Assembly (NCBI GenBank): GCA_963836015.1
Contig: CAWIIF010000004.1
Span: 1,025,924 to 1,089,923, forward strand
Direction: 5' to 3'
DNA length: 64,000 nucleotides
Source of the DNA: Bryobacterales bacterium
GTDB lineage: Bacteria; Acidobacteriota; Terriglobia; Bryobacterales; Bryobacteraceae
Positions 27,001-36,502 of the stretch are shown one piece after another (position 1 is the stretch's first letter; each line of letters starts with the position of its first letter). The notes beneath the pieces are model-generated. The model was given only the letters and a program-made list of their open reading frames with translations, did no database searches and was not told the origin of the DNA. Both the position numbers and the translations under genes were made by a program.

Positions 27001-29478
27001 TCAGGAGTGGCGCAGGGCTTGGGACGGCGCCACCGTGGCGGCGCGGCGTGCCGGGATCAGGGTGGCGGCGAGGGCCACGGCGGCCAATGTGGCGGGTACC
27101 AGCGTGAACGTCAACGGGTCGCTGGCCTTCACGCCGAATAATAGCGAAGCCAGCACGCGCGTGAGTCCGTAGGCCAGCCCCACACCCACCACGACGCCGG
27201 CAATCACCAGCTTCATCCCGGCCTTCAGAACCATCGCCATCATGTTGTGGCGGGCGGCGCCCAGCGCCATGCGGATTCCGATCTCCTGCGTACGCTGCTG
27301 GACGGAATACGACATCAGGCCGTAGACCCCGATGGCGGCCAGCACCAGGGCGATCCCGGCGAAGATCGAGAGCAGCAGCATGTTGAAATTCTGCCGCGCC
27401 AGGCTCTCGGCGATGGACTGCTCCATGGTGCGCTCGTGCGAAAGCGGCAAGCTGCGGTCCACCGCCGCGAATTCGCGCTCGACGGCGGCGCGGAGATTGT
27501 CGGGAGGGGCGGCGGTGCGGAGGGCCCAGGAAAGGGGGAGCGCCGAGTTGATCAGGGTTGTGATGCCCTCGGGCGCCTGGCTCTGAGGGATGTACATGAC
27601 GCCTTCATTCTCGTCGCTCAGGCCGGTTTCGCGCACCGTTCCGACTACGCCGACGACCTGCCGCGGCGGATCGTCGAACTGCGGCCCGAGACCTTTGCCG
27701 ATGGTGACCACCTGTCCGATGGGGTCCTCGTTTTTCCAGTATTTCTTCGCCATGGCCTCATTGATTACGACCACGCGCGCCGCATTGCCCGTGTCGGTCT
27801 CGCGGAAGCCCCGGCCGCGCAGCACCGGAACGCGGAATACGGAGAAATAATGCGGGGAGACCGAGCGCCACTGCTCGTCTCCGTTGTACACGTTCCCCTT
27901 GGCGGGCGGCTTTCCGGCGATGGTGAACGGCAGGTCCACGCCGCCCTGCACCGGAAGCATGATGGCCGAGGCGGCGCCTTCGACTCCGGGCAAGGCTTCC
28001 AGGCGGCGCGTCACTTCGGTTACCAGCGAGTCCACTTTGGCGGTGGTGCCGTAGGTTCCGCCGGACATGGAAGTCTGCACGGTCAGGATGTTGTGCGGAT
28101 CGAAGCCCGGGTTCACCGAGCGCAGTCCCACGAAAGTTCGGATGAGCAGGGCGGCGCCGGTGAGCAGCACTACGGCCAGCGCGAGCTCCGATACCACGAG
28201 CACCGAGCGGGCGCGATTCTGGCGCCGGCTGGTGCCCGACCGGCTGCTGGCCTCTTTCAAGGTGGAGGCCAGGTCGGGGTTGGAGGTCTGCAGGGCGGGG
28301 AAGATGCCGAAAATGATGCCCGTGAGCAGCGCGATCGCCATGGTGAAGACCGCGACGCGCCAATCGAGCAGCGGAATGCCGGTTTGAATGCCCTCCGCGT
28401 CCGTGAGGCGCGGAATGTTGCCCGGCGCCAATAACAGCAGGCCGCGCACGCCCCAGGCCCCCAGGGCAAATCCCAGGATCCCGCCGGCCCCGGCCAGCAT
28501 CACGCTTTCGGTGAGCAATTGCCGGATGACGCGCCAGCGGCCGGCGCCCATGGCCGCGCGAATCGCCAGCTCCCTCTGCCGCACCGCGGCGCGCGCCAGC
28601 AGCAGGTTGGCGACATTGGCACAGGCGATCAAAAGCACGAAAGCCACCGCGCCCAGCAACACCAGCAGCGCCGTGCGGACCGAGCCGGTGACCATGGCTT
28701 CCGCCATCGGGACCACGCCTACGGATTCCGTCTTATCCATCCAAGTGGGGTTCGCCGCGCGGAAACGCTCGCCCACCACCTTCATCTCGGCGCGGGCCTG
28801 CGCCACCGTCACGCCGGGCTTCAGGCGGCCGGCCACCCGCAGGTAGTGCCCCTGGTTGGTGCTGTTGGGATCGGCCTGCTGGGGCATCCAGACATCCGCC
28901 GGCGGATCGGGCTGAAACCACTTCGGCAGGACGCCGATGACTGTGTATGGCTGGCCGGTCAACTTGATCGTGCTCCCGATGACGTTCGAGTCGCCCGCCA
29001 ATTGCGATTGCCAGAGGCCGTAGCTGATCACCGCCACAGGCGGTCCGTCCGGCATATCCTCGGCCGGGGTATAGGTGCGTCCCAGCAAAGGGGTCACGCC
29101 GAACACCCGGAAATAACCTTCGGACGCGTGAAGGGTCTTCACCTGCGGTGGGCGGTCGCTCGATCCGAACGCGACCCCGGGGCCTTCCAGACCGTATAGC
29201 GTCATGGCCTCGAACGAATGGTTCTGCCGCCATGTCATGTACTTGGGGATCGAATTGGACCAGCCGTAGCCGCCGCCCGAGTAGCTCCGCCCCACTTGCA
29301 TGATGCGATCCGGCTGGGGATACGGCAGCGGCTCCAGCAACACGGAGTTGACCACCGTAAAGATGGCGGTGTTGGCGCCGATCCCGAGGGCTAGGGCGGC
29401 CACTGCGACGGTGGTGAATCCGGGGTTGCTGCGAAGCATGCGCCAGGCATAGCGGATGTCGGCGGCGAAGGTTGCCAT
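27001..29478 (-). CDS. ADOP-type duplicated FtsX/MacB-like ABC permease (TIGR03434-like), no adjacent ATPase gene
   Basis: The start is trimmed to ATG 29478 (MATFAADIRYAWRMLRSNPGFTTVAVAALALGIGANTAIFTVVNSVLL). There are two FtsX 4-TM modules, each preceded by a large periplasmic domain. Confidence 0.85.
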   Translation of the reverse strand: MATFAADIRYAWRMLRSNPGFTTVAVAALALGIGANTAIFTVVNSVLLEPLPYPQPDRIMQVGRSYSGGGYGWSNSIPKYMTWRQNHSFEAMTLYGLEGPGVAFGSSDRPPQVKTLHASEGYFRVFGVTPLLGRTYTPAEDMPDGPPVAVISYGLWQSQLAGDSNVIGSTIKLTGQPYTVIGVLPKWFQPDPPADVWMPQQADPNSTNQGHYLRVAGRLKPGVTVAQARAEMKVVGERFRAANPTWMDKTESVGVVPMAEAMVTGSVRTALLVLLGAVAFVLLIACANVANLLLARAAVRQRELAIRAAMGAGRWRVIRQLLTESVMLAGAGGILGFALGAWGVRGLLLLAPGNIPRLTDAEGIQTGIPLLDWRVAVFTMAIALLTGIIFGIFPALQTSNPDLASTLKEASSRSGTSRRQNRARSVLVVSELALAVVLLTGAALLIRTFVGLRSVNPGFDPHNILTVQTSMSGGTYGTTAKVDSLVTEVTRRLEALPGVEGAASAIMLPVQGGVDLPFTIAGKPPAKGNVYNGDEQWRSVSPHYFSVFRVPVLRGRGFRETDTGNAARVVVINEAMAKKYWKNEDPIGQVVTIGKGLGPQFDDPPRQVVGVVGTVRETGLSDENEGVMYIPQSQAPEGITTLINSALPLSWALRTAAPPDNLRAAVEREFAAVDRSLPLSHERTMEQSIAESLARQNFNMLLLSIFAGIALVLAAIGVYGLMSYSVQQRTQEIGIRMALGAARHNMMAMVLKAGMKLVIAGVVVGVGLAYGLTRVLASLLFGVKASDPLTFTLVPATLAAVALAATLIPARRAATVAPSQALRHS

Positions 29479-29543
29479 GCCAACAGTAACGAACACAACG
29501 AGTCTGGAGTTGCCTTTTTTAAACTTGACTACGAGTTTTCCTC

Positions 29544-29572
29544 TTGACAATAGTTGTTACAACATATAATAT
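29544..29572 (+). promoter_or_regulatory. candidate sigma70-type promoter of marR (TTGACA-17 nt-TAATAT) with overlapping GTTG/CAAC inverted repeats
   Basis: TTGACA lies at 29544-29549 and TAATAT at 29567-29572. The marR ATG at 29579 is 7 nt after the -10, and there is no Shine-Dalgarno, which suggests a leaderless mRNA. The palindromic AGTTGTTACAAC...ATCAACT overlaps the -10. Confidence 0.4.
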
Positions 29573-29578
29573 CAACTC

Positions 29579-30052
29579 ATGAGCGGCAAGTTAGCCCATG
29601 AAATCCGGCAAACCAAGCCCTTCGCGTCGGTTGAGGAGGAAGCGTTCCTCAATCTCGGAAGAACGTTCCAGGTGCTGCAGGAGAAGGTGGCCGGGTTGTT
29701 GAAGGAATATCAGCTGACGCCCGCGCAGTACAACATCCTGCGGATTCTGCGGGGGGCCGCTCCGCAGGGGCTGACCTGTTCGCAGGCGTCGGACCGTATG
29801 TTGACGCCAGACCCGGACATGACGAGGCTGCTCGACCGCATGGAGGCCCGGCAATTGATCGAGCGGGAGCGCAGCCGGGAGGACCGCAGGGTGGTGGTGA
29901 CCCGGATAACGAAAACGGGTCTGGAACTGGCGTCGCAGATCGACCGGCCGCTCGAGGATTTGCTCCACCGCATGCTCGGCGGTGCAGGCAAGGGCCGGCT
30001 CAAGGACTTGATCGAGATTCTGGAAATGTTGAGGGAGGGCGCGGCCCGGTGA
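29579..30052 (+). CDS. MarR-family transcriptional regulator
   Basis: This 157-aa ORF reads LTPAQYNILRIL...LTCSQASDRMLTPDPDMTRLLDRMEARQLIERERSREDRRVV, a winged-HTH MarR pattern. Confidence 0.88.
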   Translation: MSGKLAHEIRQTKPFASVEEEAFLNLGRTFQVLQEKVAGLLKEYQLTPAQYNILRILRGAAPQGLTCSQASDRMLTPDPDMTRLLDRMEARQLIERERSREDRRVVVTRITKTGLELASQIDRPLEDLLHRMLGGAGKGRLKDLIEILEMLREGAAR

Positions 30053-30100
30053 CCGCCTGGCGCGCCTGAGAGGTTAACGCACCAAAGGAGGATTCTCTAT

Positions 30101-30637
30101 ATGTCGCAGATCACTTATCAAATCGATTCCAGCCATTCCGCGGCGCACTTCAGCGTGCGCCACATGATGATCGCCAACGTGAGGGGAGAGTTCACAAAAG
30201 TCTCGGGCACGATCGTATACGACCCGGAGAACCCGAAGAACTCGAGCGTCGAGGCAGTCATTGACGCGTCTTCGATTGCGACGCGCGACCCGCAGCGCGA
30301 CGCTCATTTGCGCAGCGCCGATTTCCTGGACGCCGAGAAATACCCGGTCTTGACCTTCCGCAGCAAGTCCATTTCCGGCGAGAGGGGCGACTGGAAGGTG
30401 ACCGGCGACCTGACCATCCGCGGAGTCACACACGAGGTCACGTTAGAGGTCGAAGGCCCGACGCCCGAGACCCGCGATCCGTGGGGCAACCTGAGGATCG
30501 GCGCGACGGCTACCGGCAAGATCAACCGCAAGGATTTCGGGCTGACGTGGAACACGGCGCTCGAGACCGGCGGCGTGCTGGTGGGCGACGAGGTCAAACT
30601 CACGCTGGATGTCGAAGGCGTCCGCCAGACTCAGTAA
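30101..30637 (+). CDS. YceI-family polyisoprenoid-binding protein
   Basis: This 178-aa ORF reads YQIDSSHSAAHFSVRHMMIANVRGEF...RDAHLRSADFLDAEKYP...GDLTIRGVTHEV. AAGGAGG is the Shine-Dalgarno. Confidence 0.9.
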   Translation: MSQITYQIDSSHSAAHFSVRHMMIANVRGEFTKVSGTIVYDPENPKNSSVEAVIDASSIATRDPQRDAHLRSADFLDAEKYPVLTFRSKSISGERGDWKVTGDLTIRGVTHEVTLEVEGPTPETRDPWGNLRIGATATGKINRKDFGLTWNTALETGGVLVGDEVKLTLDVEGVRQTQ

Positions 30638-30643
30638 GCGGAA

Positions 30644-32251
30644 TCAGCCCAGATGGGAATTCTGCCGGAAGATTTCCTGCCAGACTTGCGGGAAGGCGCC
30701 GGATGCATCATGGACCTCTGTAAAGGGCGTCCCCGGCGCCAAGCTCTCGCGAATGGCGGCCAGATCTTCCGGCGATTCGGGGACGATCAGCGAGATTAGT
30801 CCGGCGGTGAGCGCGGTCCGCAGGGCAGGACGCAGGTCGCCTTGCCCTTCGAGCACGTGGACGTGGCAGCCCCGGTCGAACAACTCCCGCTCCAGTCGGT
30901 GGGCGGTTTGGTGGTCGGCTGGAGGGAGGCAGATCACGAGCGGGGGATGACCGTTGACGCGGCGGCGCTCCTCGGGGGTCACGCGGCCGGCGCGGCGGGT
31001 CTCCGATTTGGGCGCCGAGATCATGCCGGCCCCCACGGTTTCGTTCGAAATGGCGTCGATCAGGATGAAGGCGCCGGTGGCCCGGTTGCGGCGGTAGGAG
31101 TCGAAAAAGAGCGGCCGCTGGGTCTCGAGTGAAACGGAGCCGATTTCATTCAACTGTAGATTGCCTTCACGGACTCTGGCATTTACTACTTGTGTAGTGT
31201 GTTTGAGGAGGTAGGAGTGGTTTGGCTCGAGAGGCTTCTCGCTCATCCACACTATCCCGGCTTCCAGGCGGCGTCCGGAGTGCGGCTGGTTGTTGAGCGG
31301 CACCAGCATGTCGCCGCGGCTGATGTCGATCTCATCCTCCAGGCAGAGGGTGACCGACATGGGGGCAAAGGCTTCCTCGAGTTCGCCCTCCCAGGTGACA
31401 ATCGAACGGATCCGGCTGGTGCGCCCGGAAGGCAGCACGCGGACCGGGTCGCCGCGGCGGATCACCCCCGAAGCGATTTGGCCGGCGAAGCCACGGAAGT
31501 CCAGGTCGGGACGGATCACGGTCTGGACCGGGAAGCGGAAGTCTTTCAGATTGCAATCGTTAGTGATCGGCACCGTCTCCAGGTGCTGGAGCAGGCTGGG
31601 GCCGTCGTACCACGGTGTACGGGCGCTGCGGTGGACGACGTTATCGCCCTGGAGCGCACTGATGGGGATGAACTGCAGGTCGCCTGCCTCAAGTTCGTCG
31701 GCCAAGGCCTGAAACTCGGCGCGGATGCCGTCGAAGACCTCCTGGCTGAAGTCCACGAGGTCCATCTTATTGATTGCTACTACAAGATGCGGAATTCCGA
31801 GTAACGTGGCGATGCGGGCATGGCGGCGGGATTGCGGGAGCACGCCCAGGCGGGCATCCACCAGGATGATGGCGAGGTTGGCGGTGGAGGCGCCGGTGGC
31901 CATGTTGCGGGTGTACTGCTCGTGGCCGGGAGTGTCGGCAATGATGAACTTGCGGCGCGGGGTGGAAAAGTAGCGATATGCTACATCAATAGTAATTCCC
32001 TGTTCGCGTTCCGCGCGCAGGCCGTCGGTGACCAGCGAGAGGTCCAGGCCGTTGGTGGTCTGGTTGCGGGTAGCCTTGCGGATGGACGCCAGTTGATCTT
32101 CGTAAACCCCTTTGGAGTCATAGAGCAGGCGCCCGATCAGGGTAGACTTGCCGTCGTCCACGCTGCCCGCGGTGGTGAACCGCAGAAGCTCCGTTTCGGA
32201 GGATTCCAGAAGCCATTCTTCGCTATTCCATTCAGCAACTGCCGCAGCCAT
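30644..32251 (-). CDS. cysN: sulfate adenylyltransferase subunit 1 (GTPase) with a short degenerate APS-kinase-like C-terminal extension
   Basis: The start is ATG 32251, overlapping the cysD stop by 1 nt (TGATG). The sequence contains [28 protein letters not shown] and NKMD. The last ~124 aa resemble a CysC domain but lack the P-loop. Confidence 0.9.
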   Translation of the reverse strand: MAAAVAEWNSEEWLLESSETELLRFTTAGSVDDGKSTLIGRLLYDSKGVYEDQLASIRKATRNQTTNGLDLSLVTDGLRAEREQGITIDVAYRYFSTPRRKFIIADTPGHEQYTRNMATGASTANLAIILVDARLGVLPQSRRHARIATLLGIPHLVVAINKMDLVDFSQEVFDGIRAEFQALADELEAGDLQFIPISALQGDNVVHRSARTPWYDGPSLLQHLETVPITNDCNLKDFRFPVQTVIRPDLDFRGFAGQIASGVIRRGDPVRVLPSGRTSRIRSIVTWEGELEEAFAPMSVTLCLEDEIDISRGDMLVPLNNQPHSGRRLEAGIVWMSEKPLEPNHSYLLKHTTQVVNARVREGNLQLNEIGSVSLETQRPLFFDSYRRNRATGAFILIDAISNETVGAGMISAPKSETRRAGRVTPEERRRVNGHPPLVICLPPADHQTAHRLERELFDRGCHVHVLEGQGDLRPALRTALTAGLISLIVPESPEDLAAIRESLAPGTPFTEVHDASGAFPQVWQEIFRQNSHLG

Positions 32252-33156
32252 CAGAAGTAGCCCTCCCGTTTCTTGAGTTCCATGGAGCCGTCCTGGTCGT
32301 GATCGATGACCCGGTTCTCCCGCTCGGAGCGGCGGAAGCCGATCATCTCCTCGATAATCTTGGGCACCGTGTCGGCCTCGGACCGGATCGCGCCGGTGCA
32401 GTAGGTGCAGCCGAGCGAGCGCATGCGGCACATCACCATGCGAGGCTCCTCGCCGGGCAGCATGGGGATGTTGTGCTCCACCGGAATCAGCGAATCGCCC
32501 CGCATCAGCATGGGACGCCGCTTGGCGAAGTACAAGGGCACCACCGGGATGTTCTCCAGGTGGATGTAATGCCAGACATCCAGTTCCGTCCAGTTGGAGA
32601 GCGGAAAGACCCGGATACTTTCGCCCTTGTCGATTCTACTGTTGTAGAGATTCCACAGCTCGGGCCGCTGATTCTTGGGATCCCACTGGCCGAACGAGTC
32701 GCGAAAGGAGTAGACGCGCTCCTTGGCGCGCGACTTTTCCTCGTCGCGGCGCGCTCCGCCGAAAGCGGCGTCGAAGCCGCCCTGTTCCAGCGCGTCCAGC
32801 AAGGCGCGGGTTTTGAGCAGCCCGCAGCACTTCTGGGTTCCCAGGCGGAACGGACTGGCGCCTTCCTGGATGGCCCGGGTGTTGGTGTGGACCAGCAGGC
32901 GAGCGCCGATCGAGGCGCAGAACCGGTCGCGGAACTCGATCATCTCCTGAAACTTGTAAGTCGTATCGATGTGCAGGAGCGGGAACGGAATGGACCCCGG
33001 ATGGAAGGCCTTCTGAGCCAGCCGCACCATCACCGAGGAGTCTTTGCCGATGGAGTAAAGCATCACCGGGCGTTGGAATTCGGAAGCCACTTCCCGTATG
33101 ATGTGAATGCTTTCAGCTTCCAGGGCTCGAAGATGGGTCAGGGTGCGCTCGGGCAT
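32251..33156 (-). CDS. cysD: sulfate adenylyltransferase subunit 2
   Basis: This 301-aa ORF reads [15 protein letters not shown]...[12 protein letters not shown]...[16 protein letters not shown], the PAPS-reductase-fold CysD signature. Confidence 0.93.
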   Translation of the reverse strand: MPERTLTHLRALEAESIHIIREVASEFQRPVMLYSIGKDSSVMVRLAQKAFHPGSIPFPLLHIDTTYKFQEMIEFRDRFCASIGARLLVHTNTRAIQEGASPFRLGTQKCCGLLKTRALLDALEQGGFDAAFGGARRDEEKSRAKERVYSFRDSFGQWDPKNQRPELWNLYNSRIDKGESIRVFPLSNWTELDVWHYIHLENIPVVPLYFAKRRPMLMRGDSLIPVEHNIPMLPGEEPRMVMCRMRSLGCTYCTGAIRSEADTVPKIIEEMIGFRRSERENRVIDHDQDGSMELKKREGYF

Positions 33157-33197
33157 CGCGGAGTTCCTGCTGAACGCAATCAGGATATCACGTAATC

Positions 33198-34790
33198 ATG
33201 ATAAAGTCCATCTGGATACTAGTGATTGCCGCCCTGGCGGCAAGTGCACAGGATGGCGCGATTTCGGCGTCGCGCATCCGCGAGCATACGAAGTTTCTAT
33301 CGAGCGATCTGCTGGAGGGCCGCGGCGTCGGCGTGCGCGGCGGAGAGCTGGCCACCGAGTACATCGCGACGCAACTGGCGCTGGCGGGCGCGCTGCCGGC
33401 CGGCGACCATGGGACGTACTTTCAAAGCGTGCCGATGGTTGGGGTGGAGACGCAGTCCACGGTCGAGTTGGCGGCGACGGCCGGGGGCAAGAGCGTCGAC
33501 TTCCGCTGGCTGGACGATTTCGTCGGCGCGAACCCGTCGCAGAGGCCGGAGGAACGCTTCGAAGGCGATCTGGTCTTCGTGGGCCACGGCATCAGCGCCC
33601 CGGAATGGAAATGGGACGATTACAAGGGCGTGGATGTCGCGGGCAAGATCCTGCTGTTCTTCACCAACGAGCCGCCTTCGACCGATCCGGCGTTTTTCGA
33701 CGGCCGCGCTCTCACTTACTACGGCCGCTGGACCTACAAATACGAGGAAGCGCTGCGGCGCGGGGCCAAGGGCGCGATCATCATTCACACCACCCCGACG
33801 GCCAGCTACGGCTGGGACGTGGTGCGCAGCTCCTGGGGCCGCGAGACGCCTTTCCTGAAGCTGGCTCCGAACGAGAAGGCGCTATCTTTCGCGGGCTGGA
33901 TCACGCGCGAGGCGGGCGACCGCATGCTGGCACTGGCGGGCAAGACCGTGGATGAACTTCTGGCGGCCGCGGACAAGCCCGATTTCAAGCCGGTGGACCT
34001 GGGAATTCAGGTGCGCGGCTCGATTCCCTCGAAGATCCGCGAGATCGCAACGCGCAACGTAGCTGCCATTTTTCCGGGCAGCGACCCGCGATTGAAAGAC
34101 CAGGCCGTGATCTACAGCGCCCACTGGGACCACCTGGGTGTAGGGACGCCGGTGGGCGGGGACCCGATTTACAACGGGGCGATCGACAATGCCACGGGCT
34201 GCGCGATTCTCCTGGAGCTGGCGCATGCGTGGGGACAGCTCGAGCCGAAGCCCAAGCGCTCCGTGCTGTTCCTGGCCGTGACGGCGGAGGAAGCGGGCCT
34301 CAAAGGGTCGGAATACTATGCGGCGCACCCGCTGATTGCCGCGGCCAAGACCGCCCTCGACCTGAACTACGACGCGCTCTATCCGTGGGGACGGGCCGAG
34401 AACGTGGTGCTGACGGGAGCGGATCGTACGTCGGTGTGGCCGCAGGCGCAGCAGATTGCGAAGCGGCTGAACCTGTCGATCGCGCCGGACGACGCTCCGG
34501 AGGCGGGGCACTACTTCCGGTCGGACCACTTCTCGTTCGCGCACGCGGGGATTCCGGCGTTTTCGATCGGGCACGCCACGGAATTCGCGGGCAAGCCGGC
34601 GGGGTTCGGAAAACAGGCTTACGAGGAGTACAACAGCAAGCACTATCACCAGCCCTCGGACGAATTCCAGGCGGATTGGGATTTCACTGCTCTACAGCAG
34701 GCGGCGCAATACGGGTTTTTGCTGGGGCAGGAGGTAGCGAATCAGGAGAAGCTGCCGGACTGGCGGGCAGGGCAGGCGTTTCACCGTTAG
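33198..34790 (+). CDS. secreted M28-family aminopeptidase with PA domain
   Basis: This 530-aa ORF has the signal MIKSIWILVIAALAASAQ. It contains SAHWDHLG, DNATGCAILLE, FLAVTAEEAGLKGS and HYHQPSD metal-ligand motifs. Confidence 0.85.
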   Translation: MIKSIWILVIAALAASAQDGAISASRIREHTKFLSSDLLEGRGVGVRGGELATEYIATQLALAGALPAGDHGTYFQSVPMVGVETQSTVELAATAGGKSVDFRWLDDFVGANPSQRPEERFEGDLVFVGHGISAPEWKWDDYKGVDVAGKILLFFTNEPPSTDPAFFDGRALTYYGRWTYKYEEALRRGAKGAIIIHTTPTASYGWDVVRSSWGRETPFLKLAPNEKALSFAGWITREAGDRMLALAGKTVDELLAAADKPDFKPVDLGIQVRGSIPSKIREIATRNVAAIFPGSDPRLKDQAVIYSAHWDHLGVGTPVGGDPIYNGAIDNATGCAILLELAHAWGQLEPKPKRSVLFLAVTAEEAGLKGSEYYAAHPLIAAAKTALDLNYDALYPWGRAENVVLTGADRTSVWPQAQQIAKRLNLSIAPDDAPEAGHYFRSDHFSFAHAGIPAFSIGHATEFAGKPAGFGKQAYEEYNSKHYHQPSDEFQADWDFTALQQAAQYGFLLGQEVANQEKLPDWRAGQAFHR

Positions 34791-34793
34791 ATG

Positions 34794-34822
34794 GCCCGCT
34801 CCCTTACCGTAAGGGAGCGGGC
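34794..34822. terminator. perfect 13-bp GC-rich hairpin between convergent genes (possible bidirectional terminator)
   Basis: GCCCGCTCCCTTA-ccg-TAAGGGAGCGGGC lies between the M28 stop (34790) and the Gfo stop (34833). No U-tract is present on either side. Confidence 0.4.
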
Positions 34823-34832
34823 CGGCCTGGTT

Positions 34833-36392
34833 CTACGCTTTCCAGTTCGGGGCCCATCCCTTGCGGTAGACGGGCTTCACGTACTTGTTGGCTTCGTTGT
34901 TGTTGGTGAACCGCATCTTCGCGGGATCCCACTCCAGCTTGCCGTCCACGCGGAGGGAGATCACGGCCATCACGATCCATTCCGTGAACGGACCGGATAC
35001 CGAGAAGTTGGAGCAGGCCGGATCGCCACCCTTGGCGGCGCGGATCCAGTCGCGGTAGTGCCCGGGCGAACGTGTCAGCAGCTCCGGCGGGAAGTGGTAG
35101 TCCTTCATCTTCTCCACCGGCAGGAGCCGGGTCTGCTCGCCGTAGGTGCCCGTGGTGATCATGCCCTTGTCGCCGATGAAGAGGCTGCCGTCCGGGGAGG
35201 GCATACGAAGCTGCTGGCCGGACTCTTTCGCCTCTTGCATCATCTTCTCGTACTCTTCGTAGTTGAAGACCTGGCCGACGAAGCCGTTGGGGGGCGGAGC
35301 GGGAGGACGCTGCGCCGGCGGCTGGCCCTGTCCGCGGCCCGCGCCGCGTCCACCGCCGAAGCGGCGGGCCGACGGGATGTCGCCTACCAGCTCGCCTTCC
35401 GGCACGCCATCGAACTTGGGCATCTCCTTCAGCCCGTCGTGCCAGAAGAGCGTGACCGGCGGCATGGAGCCGCGCGCCGGGAACTCGAACTTGATGGTCG
35501 AGCTCTTCGGGAACATGAAGCTGCTGGTGCCTTCCTTCTTGATGCACTCCACGCTGGTAGGCGCGCCCAGTCTCAGCGCCAGGTTGGGAGCGCCGAGAAT
35601 ATGGCAGGCCATGTCGCCCAAGGCGCCGCAGCCGAAATCGTAGAAGCCGCGCCAGTTAAACGGATTGTAAAAGTAACCGCCGAAGTTATTCGGATACCCC
35701 TCGCCGCCGGAGGTGTAAGGCCGCGGCTCGGCCGCGCCGATCCACAGGTCCCAATCCAGCGTTTCGGGCACGGGGGTCGGAGCCGGGATCTCGGTCAGGC
35801 CCTGCGGCCAGATCGGACGGTCGGTCCAGGCGTGCACGGTGTGGACGTCGCCGATTTCGCCGGCCCAGATCATCTCGGCGCACTGCCGGGTCCCTTCGTT
35901 CGAATAGCCCTGGTTGCCCATCTGCGTGGCCACCTTGTATTTGGCGGCTGCGTCGGTGAGCATGCGGGCTTCCCAAATGGTGTGGGTCAGCGGTTTTTGC
36001 ACGTAGACGTGCTTGCCGCGCTCCATGCAGGCCATGGCGCCCACCGCGTGCATGAAATCCGGAACGGTGACAATGCAGGCATCGATGTTGTTGCCCTCCT
36101 TGTCGAGCATCTTCCGAAAGTCTTTGTACTTCGGGGGCTTTTCGAATGCTTTGTAAATGTTGGCGGCCTGGCGGTCGTCCACATCGCACAGCGCCACGAT
36201 GTTCTCGGTGGCAGCGCATCCCCGGATGTCGCTGGCAGCTTTGCCGCCGGCGCCGATGGATGCGATATTCAGTTTTTCATTTGGCGATTTGTAGCCCAGC
36301 ATCTTGAGGGAGGGCGTACTGCCGAAGCCTCCGGTCGGGACCGCCCCGGCCAGGAGGCTGCCGAAAAAGAAATGTCGTCGCGATATTGCCAT
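34833..36392 (-). CDS. Tat-signal Gfo/Idh/MocA-family oxidoreductase
   Basis: MAISRRHFFFGSLLAGA is a twin-arginine signal. It is followed by NIASIGAGGKAASDI (Rossmann) and VYVQKPLTH. The track start is 36404, but ATG 36392 is preferred. Confidence 0.85.
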   Translation of the reverse strand: MAISRRHFFFGSLLAGAVPTGGFGSTPSLKMLGYKSPNEKLNIASIGAGGKAASDIRGCAATENIVALCDVDDRQAANIYKAFEKPPKYKDFRKMLDKEGNNIDACIVTVPDFMHAVGAMACMERGKHVYVQKPLTHTIWEARMLTDAAAKYKVATQMGNQGYSNEGTRQCAEMIWAGEIGDVHTVHAWTDRPIWPQGLTEIPAPTPVPETLDWDLWIGAAEPRPYTSGGEGYPNNFGGYFYNPFNWRGFYDFGCGALGDMACHILGAPNLALRLGAPTSVECIKKEGTSSFMFPKSSTIKFEFPARGSMPPVTLFWHDGLKEMPKFDGVPEGELVGDIPSARRFGGGRGAGRGQGQPPAQRPPAPPPNGFVGQVFNYEEYEKMMQEAKESGQQLRMPSPDGSLFIGDKGMITTGTYGEQTRLLPVEKMKDYHFPPELLTRSPGHYRDWIRAAKGGDPACSNFSVSGPFTEWIVMAVISLRVDGKLEWDPAKMRFTNNNEANKYVKPVYRKGWAPNWKA

Positions 36393-36502
36393 ATGCGGAT
36401 ACACCTCGTGGTGTTCAATTCGTAGGCGTGTCTTGCCCGGTTGCCTGTTACCCAGTGGAACCTGCTCGACCTGGCACGCGTATCAGGCCCATTGTATCTC
36501 TT

